Of a DNA stretch of 64,000 nt, positions 1-8,188 are shown piece by piece. The stretch comes from Alphaproteobacteria bacterium (GTDB lineage: Bacteria; Pseudomonadota; Alphaproteobacteria; UBA828), in NCBI GenBank assembly GCA_965214705.1, contig CBDCCI010000002.1, positions 2,144,001-2,208,000 of the forward strand, in the 5' to 3' direction. Each line of letters begins with the position of its first letter. The stretch's first letter is position 1. Position numbers and translations under genes: made by a program. The notes under the pieces were generated by a model, which was given only the letters and a program-made list of their open reading frames with translations, made no database searches and was not told the DNA's origin.

Positions 1-302
1 AGTGCCGGGCTGCCGGCAAGGTCGAAGGGCAAGCCGTGAATGCCGCGGGGGAGCTCGCCCGAGGTGTAGCGGCCCTGCCGGCGCTCATGGGCGCTCACGA
101 TGAACTCCACGGTGGTGAACCAGTGGGTGTCGAACACCACGAAGGTGTCGGGCCTGAGCGCGTCCAGGACTTCGCTGCGCAGCCGCTGGAGCCCGGTCAC
201 GAGGCTCAGCTCGCGCCCCTCGTTCAGCGCGAGCCGGACCTCCTTCGGCAGCATGATCGTAGGCACATGCGACAGGAAGCCGGCGCCCGCGATGTCTCCC
301 AC
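1..302 (-). CDS. Extradiol ring-cleavage dioxygenase, HpaD/LigB-type (homoprotocatechuate 2,3-dioxygenase-like); 5' part only, runs off window
   Basis: Not in the ORF track; translated by hand from GTG at 302 with RBS AGGAGG: MGDIAGAGFLSHVPTIMLP...DTFVVFDTHWFTTVEF...GRYTSGELPRG, matching HpaD motifs xHVP, FDTHW and YTSxELP. Confidence 0.8.
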   Translation of the reverse strand, partial: MGDIAGAGFLSHVPTIMLPKEVRLALNEGRELSLVTGLQRLRSEVLDALRPDTFVVFDTHWFTTVEFIVSAHERRQGRYTSGELPRGIHGLPFDLAGSPA

Positions 303-388
303 GTCTCCTCCTTTGTCGCCTCGCCCGCGCCCCGTAGCCGACCCGCCGGCTCGGGCTGGCACGCACAGCGAACGACTTCGGTGGACAG

Positions 389-408
389 ATCGTTCGTATC
401 CGAACTAT
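389..408. promoter_or_regulatory. Palindromic operator candidate ATCGTTCG-N4-CGAACTAT in the divergent dioxygenase/P450 promoter
   Basis: Near-perfect inverted repeat; a related copy lies at 5402-5421. Confidence 0.55.
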
Positions 409-445
409 CATGATGCCAACCGGTTCGCAACAAAACGAGACCGCC

Positions 446-1705
446 ATGTCCGCGCTTCTTTCTCCCGAGCCGGAGGGGATCGCCGACCTCTCCTCCCACG
501 ACTCCTTCGTCGATTGCGTGCCTCACAAGACCTTCGAGGCGCTGCGGCGCGATGACCCGGTTGCCTGGTTCGACGAGCGCGATGCCTCCGGCTTCTGGGC
601 CATCACCCGCCACGAAGACATCGCGGAGATCAGCAAGAACTTCCGGCAGTTCACGACCCGGCACGGCATCCGGCTCGAAGAGATGACGGAAGAGGAGCGG
701 ATCGCGCGCCTGACCATGATGGAGCAGGACCCGCCCGAACACACCCGCCTGCGCCGCCTGGTCAACCGCACCTTCTCGCGCCGCTTCATCGAGACCTACC
801 GGGACCGGGTCCGCGCCATCGTCTCCCGCGTGCTCGACGACGCCCTGAAGCAGGACGAGTTCGATTGCGTCGACGCCATCGCGAAGCCCCTGCCCATGCT
901 CATGCTGGCGGGCGTGCTCGGAGTGTCGGAAGAGGACGGCGCCTGGCTCGCCGACAAGGGCGACGAAATGATGGCGAACAGCGACCCGGACTTCACCGAC
1001 CACGTGGTCGACCAAACCGACACCGATGCCTTCCGCCTCATGCCCTTCCGCTCGCCGGCCGGCGCGGAGGTCTTCGAGTACGCGGAGCGCCAGGCCGCGC
1101 TCCGGCGCGGGAAGCCGCGCGGCGACGTGATCAGCCTTCTGCTCGAGCCTGATCGGGACGGCGAGCCGCTCACCGATCACGAGTTCAAGAATTTCTTCAC
1201 GCTCCTGGTGGTGGCGGGCAACGACACCACGCGCTACGCGGTCGCCTCCTCCGTCGACCTGCTCGCCCGCGAGCACCGGCTCTTCGAGCAGCTTCAGGGC
1301 GCCGACGACGCGCTTTGGAACACGGCGGTGGAAGAGCTGCTGCGCATCTCGTCGCCGACCATGCACTTTCGCCGGACCGCCGTGGAGGACTGTGAGATGC
1401 ACGGGCGCACCATCGCGGCGGGCGACAAGGTGATCCTGTGGTTCATCTCCGGCAACTTCGACGAGCGGGTCTTCGACGATCCCTACAACGCCGATTTCGC
1501 GCGCGATCCGAACCCGCAGATGGCCTTCGGGCGGGGCGGGCCACACCTCTGCCTGGGCCTCTGGCTGGCGCGGCTGGAGCTGCGCATCGTGCTGGAGGAG
1601 CTGACGCGGCGGGTGCGCACGCTCCGGCCGGCCGGTGACGCGCTCCGGCTTCGCTCCAACTTCATCAACGGCATCAAGTACCTGCCCGTGTCGGTGACCT
1701 GCTGA
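446..1705 (+). CDS. Cytochrome P450
   Basis: I-helix AGNDTT, EELLR (ExxR), heme motif FGRGGPHLCLG; start taken at ATG 446. Confidence 0.95.
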   Translation: MSALLSPEPEGIADLSSHDSFVDCVPHKTFEALRRDDPVAWFDERDASGFWAITRHEDIAEISKNFRQFTTRHGIRLEEMTEEERIARLTMMEQDPPEHTRLRRLVNRTFSRRFIETYRDRVRAIVSRVLDDALKQDEFDCVDAIAKPLPMLMLAGVLGVSEEDGAWLADKGDEMMANSDPDFTDHVVDQTDTDAFRLMPFRSPAGAEVFEYAERQAALRRGKPRGDVISLLLEPDRDGEPLTDHEFKNFFTLLVVAGNDTTRYAVASSVDLLAREHRLFEQLQGADDALWNTAVEELLRISSPTMHFRRTAVEDCEMHGRTIAAGDKVILWFISGNFDERVFDDPYNADFARDPNPQMAFGRGGPHLCLGLWLARLELRIVLEELTRRVRTLRPAGDALRLRSNFINGIKYLPVSVTC

Positions 1706-1735
1706 CCGGCGCGGCCGAGTGATAGGGCGCCTGGC

Positions 1736-3022
1736 ATGAGCGACTACGAACGCATTCGGGTCCTGTTCTGCGACCACCTGAACCTCGCGCGCGGCAAGTA
1801 CGTCCCGCGCGCAATCGCCGAGTCCGGCACGCTCCGGCAGTGCGTCGGGGTCTACGCCGTGGACTACGAGCGTGCCTTGATCCCCGCCCCCGGATCGGGT
1901 GTGCCCGAAGGCCTGCCGGACATGGAGGCGGTGTTCGACCTCGACGGAGTCCGGCCCGGCTGGGAGCCTGGCACCGGCGTGGTGGTGGCGAACCTGGAGA
2001 AGGAGGGTCAGCCGCTCGGGCTTTGCTCACGGGGCGCGCTCGCCCGCGCGATTGCGGCGTGGCAGAAGGCCGGCCTCGCGCCTTTCCTCGGCATCGAGCT
2101 CGAGGCCTTCGTCTTCGAGCGCGATTCCGCCGGCAACTGGGTGCCCTACGACACCCCCGGCGCCTACGTCTACGGTACCGGCACAGCGGTCGACCCCGCC
2201 GGCCTGGTCGACGACATCTGGTTGCAGGCAGGGGCCTGCGGCTTCCCCGTGGAGGCGATCAACTCTGAATTCGACTGGCCGCAGTTCGAGTTCACGCTGC
2301 GCTACCGGGACGCGCTCGGCGCCATCGACGATATCTTCCTCTTCCGGCTGATGGCGCGCGAGGTCGCGGCGAAGCGGGGCTATCTGCTCAGCTTCATGCC
2401 GAAGCCGCTCTCGGATCGCGGCGGCAGCGGGGTCCACCTCAACCTCAGCTTCGGCGACAAGGACGGCAACAACGCCTGCGCTGATCCCGCGCAGGAGGAC
2501 GGCCTCTCCGAACTCGCCCGGCAATGCATCGCGGGGCTCATGCACCACCACCGCTCCATGGCTGGGCTGATCGCGCCCACCGTCAACTCCTACCGCCGCC
2601 TCCGACCGGCGAGCCTCGCCGGCTACTGGGCGAACTGGGGCTACGACCACCGCGGCGTCGCGGTGCGGGTGCCGGGCGAGCGCGGCCCGGCGACGCGCAT
2701 CGAACATCGCGTCGCCGACGGCGCCGCCAATCCCTACGTCGCCGCCGCAGCCATGCTGCAGGCGGCCCGGCTCGGGGTGGAGAAGGGCTATCCGCTGCCG
2801 CCGGCGGAGACCGGCGACGGGCTGGAGAGCGTCGATACCGACGTCACCGTGCCCGAGAACCTGGGCACGGCGCTCGACGCGCTGGAGCAGGACGACGCGC
2901 TGGTCTCCGCCATCGGCGCGCTGCTGGTCGCGAACCACGTGGGGATCAAGCGCAAGGAGTGGGACGACTACCTCGGCAGCACGACGGACTGGGAGATGTC
3001 GCGCTACCTCAACTTCCTCTAG
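1736..3022 (+). CDS. Glutamine synthetase-like (gamma-glutamyl-amine ligase, PuuA/GlnA-like)
   Basis: GIELE, EFDWPQFE, FMPKP..GGSGVHLNLS, PTVNSYRRL, RIEHRVADGAANPY motifs. Confidence 0.9.
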   Translation: MSDYERIRVLFCDHLNLARGKYVPRAIAESGTLRQCVGVYAVDYERALIPAPGSGVPEGLPDMEAVFDLDGVRPGWEPGTGVVVANLEKEGQPLGLCSRGALARAIAAWQKAGLAPFLGIELEAFVFERDSAGNWVPYDTPGAYVYGTGTAVDPAGLVDDIWLQAGACGFPVEAINSEFDWPQFEFTLRYRDALGAIDDIFLFRLMAREVAAKRGYLLSFMPKPLSDRGGSGVHLNLSFGDKDGNNACADPAQEDGLSELARQCIAGLMHHHRSMAGLIAPTVNSYRRLRPASLAGYWANWGYDHRGVAVRVPGERGPATRIEHRVADGAANPYVAAAAMLQAARLGVEKGYPLPPAETGDGLESVDTDVTVPENLGTALDALEQDDALVSAIGALLVANHVGIKRKEWDDYLGSTTDWEMSRYLNFL

Positions 3023-3062
3023 CCCCGCGCCTCCACCAGCCCGGCAGAGAGCGGAAGAGCCG

Positions 3063-4526
3063 ATGACTGCGCCCCGGATCGACATCGACGGCGTCTCCGT
3101 CTCACCCGATCATTACGTCGCAGGGCGCCGCGTGCCCTCGGAACGCCGCTTCGAGGATCGTTCGCCGCTCGACTGGACCCGGAAGCTCGGCGACTTCGCA
3201 GCGGGCGATGCCGCGACCGCCGAGCAGGCGGTCGGCGCGGCTGCGGACGCCTTCCCGGACTGGTCGGCGAAGAGCCCGGCCGAGCGCGCCATCTACATGC
3301 ACCGTCTGGCCGAGCTCATCGACGCGAACGTCGCCACCCTGGCCCGGCTCGAATGCCTCGACATGGCGATGCTCCAGGAGAGCCTGGAACTGCGGGTGAT
3401 CCCCCGAGGGGCGCGGAACTTCCGCGCCTACGCCGACCTCGCCTGCGACTACGAGCCGCGGGCCTGGTCCTCCAACGGCACCGCCAACCGCATCCTGCGC
3501 ATGCCCGCCGGCCCCGCGGTGATCATCACGCCCTGGAACGCGCCCTTCATGCTCGCAACCTGGAAGTGCGCGCCGGCGCTCGCCGCTGGCAACACCGTGG
3601 TGCTCAAGCCGGCGGAGTGGTCGCCGATCACGGCCTCCCTGCTCGCCGATCTCGTGGACGAGGCGGGCTTTCCGCCCGGCGTCTTCAACGTCGTCCAGGG
3701 AATCGGCGAGGAGGTCGGCGCGGCGCTGGTGGCGGACCCGCGGGTGCGGCGCATCTCGTTCACCGGCTCGCCCGAGGCGGCCCGGCAGATCGGCGCCGCC
3801 GCCGCCCGCAACATCGTGCCCTTCACGGCGGAGCTCGGCGGCAAGAGCCCCTTCATCGTGTTCGCCGACGCCGACCTCGATGCCGCCGCCCGCAAGGCCG
3901 CCGGCCAGTACGACGACGCGGGGCAGGTTTGCCTGGCCGGCACCCGCCTGTTGGTGGAGGAGGCGGTCCGCGAGGAGTTCCTTGAACGGATGCTGGCCCA
4001 CACCGACGAGCACGTGGCGGGTGACAGCCGGGAGTCGGGCACCACCCTCTCTCCGCTCATCCATCCCGAGCACCTCGAGCGGGTCCATGGTTTCGTCGAG
4101 CGGACGCGGGCGGCAGGAGACCGGGTGCTGAGAGGCGGGCACGTCACCAAGGAGGGCGGGCTCTGGTACGAGCCGACCCTGATCGAGCCCCGCAGCAACG
4201 AGGCCGAGATCGTGCAGCACGAGGTGTTCGGCCCGGTGCTGACCCTGCAAACCTTCGCGGACGAGGACGAGGCGGTGGCGCTCGCCAACGGCACGCGCTA
4301 TGGGCTGGCCGGGATCGTCTACACCGGCGACGCGGCGCGGGCCGAGCGCATCGGCCAGCGGGTACGCGCGGGCACGGTGTGGGTCAACTGCTTCCTCGTC
4401 CGCGACCTGAGCGCACCCTTCGGCGGCTGCGGTATCAGCGGCATCGGCCGGGAGGGCGGCGACTACGCCCTCGACTTCCACAGCGACCTGAAGACCCTGC
4501 AGATCCTGGAGGGCTCCACCGCCTGA
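3063..4526 (+). CDS. Aldehyde dehydrogenase (HpaE / hydroxymuconic semialdehyde dehydrogenase-like)
   Basis: ITPWNAP, LKPAEWSP, FTGS, ELGGKSP, catalytic GQVC, EVFGPV, PFGG..SGIGREGG. Confidence 0.92.
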   Translation: MTAPRIDIDGVSVSPDHYVAGRRVPSERRFEDRSPLDWTRKLGDFAAGDAATAEQAVGAAADAFPDWSAKSPAERAIYMHRLAELIDANVATLARLECLDMAMLQESLELRVIPRGARNFRAYADLACDYEPRAWSSNGTANRILRMPAGPAVIITPWNAPFMLATWKCAPALAAGNTVVLKPAEWSPITASLLADLVDEAGFPPGVFNVVQGIGEEVGAALVADPRVRRISFTGSPEAARQIGAAAARNIVPFTAELGGKSPFIVFADADLDAAARKAAGQYDDAGQVCLAGTRLLVEEAVREEFLERMLAHTDEHVAGDSRESGTTLSPLIHPEHLERVHGFVERTRAAGDRVLRGGHVTKEGGLWYEPTLIEPRSNEAEIVQHEVFGPVLTLQTFADEDEAVALANGTRYGLAGIVYTGDAARAERIGQRVRAGTVWVNCFLVRDLSAPFGGCGISGIGREGGDYALDFHSDLKTLQILEGSTA

Positions 4527-4533
4527 CGCGGCG

Positions 4534-5382
4534 CTACGACTTGCGCGGTGCGCGAATGCCGCGGAACTCCCAGTCGCCGCCGAGCGCGGTGGACATCACC
4601 TCCTCCGAGCTCGCGGGCTGGGCGCCGACATCGTTGCGGATGGGCACCGGGCCCTGGACGATTTCGTTCTCCAGCGCCCCCAGCCCGTCCACCTCCACCC
4701 GCACCACGTCGCCCGGCTCCACCGGCCGGCTGTTGGCGGGCGTGCCGGAGAGCAGCAGGTCGCCGGGCTCAAGGGTGATGTTGCGGGCGATGTCGGCGAC
4801 GAGATAGTGCATGTCCCACGCCATTTCGTCCGTGTTCCCGTCCTGGGCGAGGGCGCCGTTGACGTAGGTCCGGACGGCCTTGCCGCGAAAGTCCCAGCCG
4901 CTCACCAGCGCAGGGCCGACCGGGCACAAGGTATCCGATCCCTTCACCCGCAGCATGGAGCCCGCGTCGGTGTCGCGGAAGTCGTGCAGTCCGTAGTCGT
5001 TCGCGATGGTGTAGCCCGCGATGTAGTCGCCGGCCTCCTCGCGCGCGATGTTCCGGCAATGCCGGCCGATGACGATCGCGATTTCGCCCTCGTAATTCAG
5101 CCACCGGCAGCGCTCGGGCCGCACCACCTGGGCACGGTGCCCGCAGAGCGCGCTCACTGGCTTGTGGAAGTAGGTCGGCGTCGCCGGCAGCGTCACCATG
5201 AACTCGTCCACCCGGCTCTTGTAGTTGAGGTGCACGCAGATGATCTTGCGCGGCTCCGTCGGCGGCAGGTGGATCGCATCCTCCACCGCGACCGAGCGCC
5301 CGTCCTTCGCGTGCAACCGCTCGCCCTCTCTGGTCGCGACGACGGGATAACCGTCCAGCAAAATGCGCCGGTGCTCCCTCAT
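4534..5382 (-). CDS. Fumarylacetoacetate hydrolase family protein (HpaG-like)
   Basis: KIICVHLNY, YEGEIA, GYTIAND, KGSDTLCPVGP, LEPGDLLLSGTP; start at ATG 5382. Confidence 0.9.
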   Translation of the reverse strand: MREHRRILLDGYPVVATREGERLHAKDGRSVAVEDAIHLPPTEPRKIICVHLNYKSRVDEFMVTLPATPTYFHKPVSALCGHRAQVVRPERCRWLNYEGEIAIVIGRHCRNIAREEAGDYIAGYTIANDYGLHDFRDTDAGSMLRVKGSDTLCPVGPALVSGWDFRGKAVRTYVNGALAQDGNTDEMAWDMHYLVADIARNITLEPGDLLLSGTPANSRPVEPGDVVRVEVDGLGALENEIVQGPVPIRNDVGAQPASSEEVMSTALGGDWEFRGIRAPRKS

Positions 5383-5401
5383 GGCTGGTCCTCGGCTTGA
5401 A

Positions 5402-5421
5402 ATCGTTCGGTCCCTGACGAT
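5402..5421. promoter_or_regulatory. Second operator candidate ATCGTTCG-N4-CTGACGAT in the divergent FAH/Adc promoter
   Basis: Same left half-site and spacing as 389-408. Confidence 0.5.
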
Positions 5422-5476
5422 AGGATCGCGGCTCACGAAAGACAAGGAATCGTCGAGATTCCGGGAGTGATTCGTC

Positions 5477-6298
5477 TTGTCCCTCAAAGGCTTCATGTTC
5501 CCGCGCTCCGGCAGCGGCCGGGCCTCCCTGCTGCCGCCCGTGCCGTGGCACTACTCCGGCCAGATGCTCACGCTGGAATACCGCACCGACCCGGACGCGG
5601 TGGCGGCGCTGATCCCACCGGGGCTCGCGCCGGCGGACGAGGACCCCGGCGCCGTGGCGCTCATCTGGGCGGAGTGGCAGAGCTGCTCCGACACGTTCGA
5701 GGAGCTGCTCGATCCGATCCGCGCGCAGTATCGGGAGATGTTCGTCGTCATTCGCTGCAAGTACCGGGGCCGGCACTACTCGCGCTGCGCCTACATCTGG
5801 GTCGATTCCGACTACGCCATGGTGCGCGGCCATCACCAGGGCTACCCCAAGAAGCTGGGCTCGATCTATCTGACGCGCCCGGTCACGGTGGGCCGGGCGG
5901 GACCGCGCCTGGAGCCCGGCGGGCGCTTCGGCGCGAGCCTCGCGGCCAACGACCGCCGCCTGCTGCACGCGACCTTCGAGATCGAGGCCGAGAGCGACCA
6001 TGCCGGCTTTGTCAACGCGCTGCCGATGGTGCACAACCGGTGGATGCCCGCGATCGAGGGCGACGGCAGCGACAGCCTGGACGAGCTGGTGACCATGTCC
6101 GCCTACGAGGGCGAGGTCGGCCGCTGCTTCCGCGGCAGCTTCGAGCTCTGGATCGGCGACTCCCCGGTGGAGGAGCTCACCCGGCTGCAGCCCCGCGAGA
6201 CGATCGCGGGCTACTGGCGTGAGGTGGCGATGTCCTGGCGCAGCGGCACGACGCTGGAGCGGCGCAACCTTCCCGAAATCGGGGGCGCCGACGCATGA
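5477..6298 (+). CDS. Acetoacetate decarboxylase-like superfamily enzyme (MppR/Sbi00515-like)
   Basis: PWHYSG, QYRE, YIWVD..AMVRG..QGYPKKLG with Schiff-base lysine; TTG start. Confidence 0.85.
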   Translation: MSLKGFMFPRSGSGRASLLPPVPWHYSGQMLTLEYRTDPDAVAALIPPGLAPADEDPGAVALIWAEWQSCSDTFEELLDPIRAQYREMFVVIRCKYRGRHYSRCAYIWVDSDYAMVRGHHQGYPKKLGSIYLTRPVTVGRAGPRLEPGGRFGASLAANDRRLLHATFEIEAESDHAGFVNALPMVHNRWMPAIEGDGSDSLDELVTMSAYEGEVGRCFRGSFELWIGDSPVEELTRLQPRETIAGYWREVAMSWRSGTTLERRNLPEIGGADA

Positions 6299-6789
6299 GC
6301 AGGGAGGTTGCGCTCACGTGGGAAGAGCGCGAGGCGCGCGCGCGGGTCGAGGGGCTGGGCATCGATATCGACGCCTTCGCGGCAGTCTCCAACGTCTTTC
6401 GCGTGGCCAACGCGGTGCGCAACTACATGGAGCGGAACCTGCTCGCCGAATACCGCCTCTCCTTCTCGGGCTTCACGGTGCTCTGGGTCCTGTGGGTGTG
6501 GGGGCCCAAGGAATCCAACGTCCTCGCCGAGGAATCGGGAATCTCCAAGAGCACGCTCACCGGCGTGGTGAAGACCCTGGAGGGACTGGGCTTCGCCATT
6601 CGCCGCCCCCATGCAGCCGACGGCCGGCGGGTGCTGGTGGAGGGGACCGAGACGGGGATGGCCACCGTGCGCGAGATCTTTCCCCGCTTCAACGCGCTGG
6701 AAGGCCAGATCACCCGCGACCTCTCCACCGCGGAGAAGGAGGAGCTCGCGCGTGCGCTCCGCGTCATGCTCCACACCGTCGAGGCCTGA
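6295..6789 (+). CDS. MarR family transcriptional regulator
   Basis: wHTH: LSFSGFTVLWVL, LAEESGISKSTLTGVVKTLE, DGRRVLV. Confidence 0.9.
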   Translation: MSREVALTWEEREARARVEGLGIDIDAFAAVSNVFRVANAVRNYMERNLLAEYRLSFSGFTVLWVLWVWGPKESNVLAEESGISKSTLTGVVKTLEGLGFAIRRPHAADGRRVLVEGTETGMATVREIFPRFNALEGQITRDLSTAEKEELARALRVMLHTVEA

Positions 6790-6816
6790 CCGCGTCCGCA
6801 CGACGAGAGGAATCCC

Positions 6817-7212
6817 ATGACAGCACCGATCTTCCACATGGCGGCCGGCGCACCCACGCCCGTCGCGCCCTTCAGCCACGCGGTCGAGGCCGATGGCTGG
6901 GTGTTCGTCACCGGCCAGATGCCCAACGACCCCGACGACGAGGCCGCGCCGCTCCCCGAGAGCATCAAAGGCCAGACCCATAACGTCATGGCCAATCTGA
7001 AGATCGTGCTCGCGTCCCTCGGCCTCGGGCTCGAGCACGTCATCGTCGCGCGGGTCTATCTCACGCACTTCAAGGAGGACTACGCGGCGATGAACGCGGT
7101 CTACGAGACCTATTTCGATCCCGAACAGCGCCCGGCGCGCACGTGCGTGGGCGTCACCGGACTCGCCCTCGATGCCCGTGTCGAGATCGACCTGTTGGCA
7201 AGGCGGCCCTGA
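6817..7212 (+). CDS. RidA/YjgF family imine deaminase
   Basis: PFSHAV, VFVTGQ, MNAVY..YF, RPARTCVGV..L...ARVEID. Confidence 0.92.
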   Translation: MTAPIFHMAAGAPTPVAPFSHAVEADGWVFVTGQMPNDPDDEAAPLPESIKGQTHNVMANLKIVLASLGLGLEHVIVARVYLTHFKEDYAAMNAVYETYFDPEQRPARTCVGVTGLALDARVEIDLLARRP

Positions 7213-7231
7213 GGCGAATCGGCGGCGGCGA

Positions 7232-8104
7232 TCAGGGCGCGGAGTCGCCGGCCTCCTCCTGCACCGCGAAGAACGATGCGCGTATCGGCTGCTCGGGGAG
7301 CTCGATGGTCGCCTCGGCAAGGCGGGCACGGCGCGTAGGCCGGCCGCGCACCATCATGCCCTCGTTGCGGTTCGGCATGGGGTTGCGGGCGATGGGGAAC
7401 GCGTCCGCGGCGCTGTAGACACAGATATAGAGACCGCGCGGCGCTGACGAGCGGTTGGGCTCGGAGCCGTGCGCGAGCCGGGTGTGCATCAGGCAGACGC
7501 TGCCGGCGCTGCCGAGAACCGGCACCTCGTGCTCCCGTAGCGAGCGCTCCACGGTCGGCGCGACGAAGCCGGTGAAGCGCTCACCGTCGAAGAGCGAGTA
7601 CACCGGGCCGCGGTGGCTGCCGGGCACCGCCATGAGGCAGCCGTTCTCGGGCGTCATGTCGTCGAGCATGAGCAGAGCGGTCACGACATCGTCGTTCGTG
7701 TGCGGCGTGTAGGCGAAGTCCTGGTGGTAGCGCACCTCGGTGTTGGAGCCGGGCAGCTTGAGGTTGATCTTGCAGTGATGGTGCTTGACGTCGGGGCCGA
7801 TGAGGGCGGCGACCATGTCGGTCATCGCCGAATCGCGCATCACCTCCATGTAGGCGTCGTCGATCTCACTAGGGTTATTGACCCGTCGGAGTGCGGGCTG
7901 CTTCGCGTTGTGCTCGGGCGCCAGGTCGAAGCGCGGCCGCCCGTCGGTGGTCGGCTCGCCGAACGGCGCATCGTGGTCGCGGCTATCATCGACCCACCCC
8001 GCCAGGGCGCCCCGCAGGCGCGTGAGCTGGCGGCGGTCGACCGCGTTCTCGGCAACAATGAAGCCATCGCGCCAGAACGCATCGACTTCGTGCTTCGCGA
8101 TCAT
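7232..8104 (-). CDS. Phytanoyl-CoA dioxygenase (PhyH) family Fe(II)/2OG oxygenase
   Basis: YHQDFAY, LDDMTPENGCL.AVPGSH, HGSEPNRS..PR. Confidence 0.9.
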   Translation of the reverse strand: MIAKHEVDAFWRDGFIVAENAVDRRQLTRLRGALAGWVDDSRDHDAPFGEPTTDGRPRFDLAPEHNAKQPALRRVNNPSEIDDAYMEVMRDSAMTDMVAALIGPDVKHHHCKINLKLPGSNTEVRYHQDFAYTPHTNDDVVTALLMLDDMTPENGCLMAVPGSHRGPVYSLFDGERFTGFVAPTVERSLREHEVPVLGSAGSVCLMHTRLAHGSEPNRSSAPRGLYICVYSAADAFPIARNPMPNRNEGMMVRGRPTRRARLAEATIELPEQPIRASFFAVQEEAGDSAP

Positions 8105-8188
8105 GATCCGACCCTTCCCGCGCGCATGCGTCCCTGCCGTGCTCGGCCCGGCCCGGTGGAGGCGAACGATCTGGCGCAGGCCGAGGAT

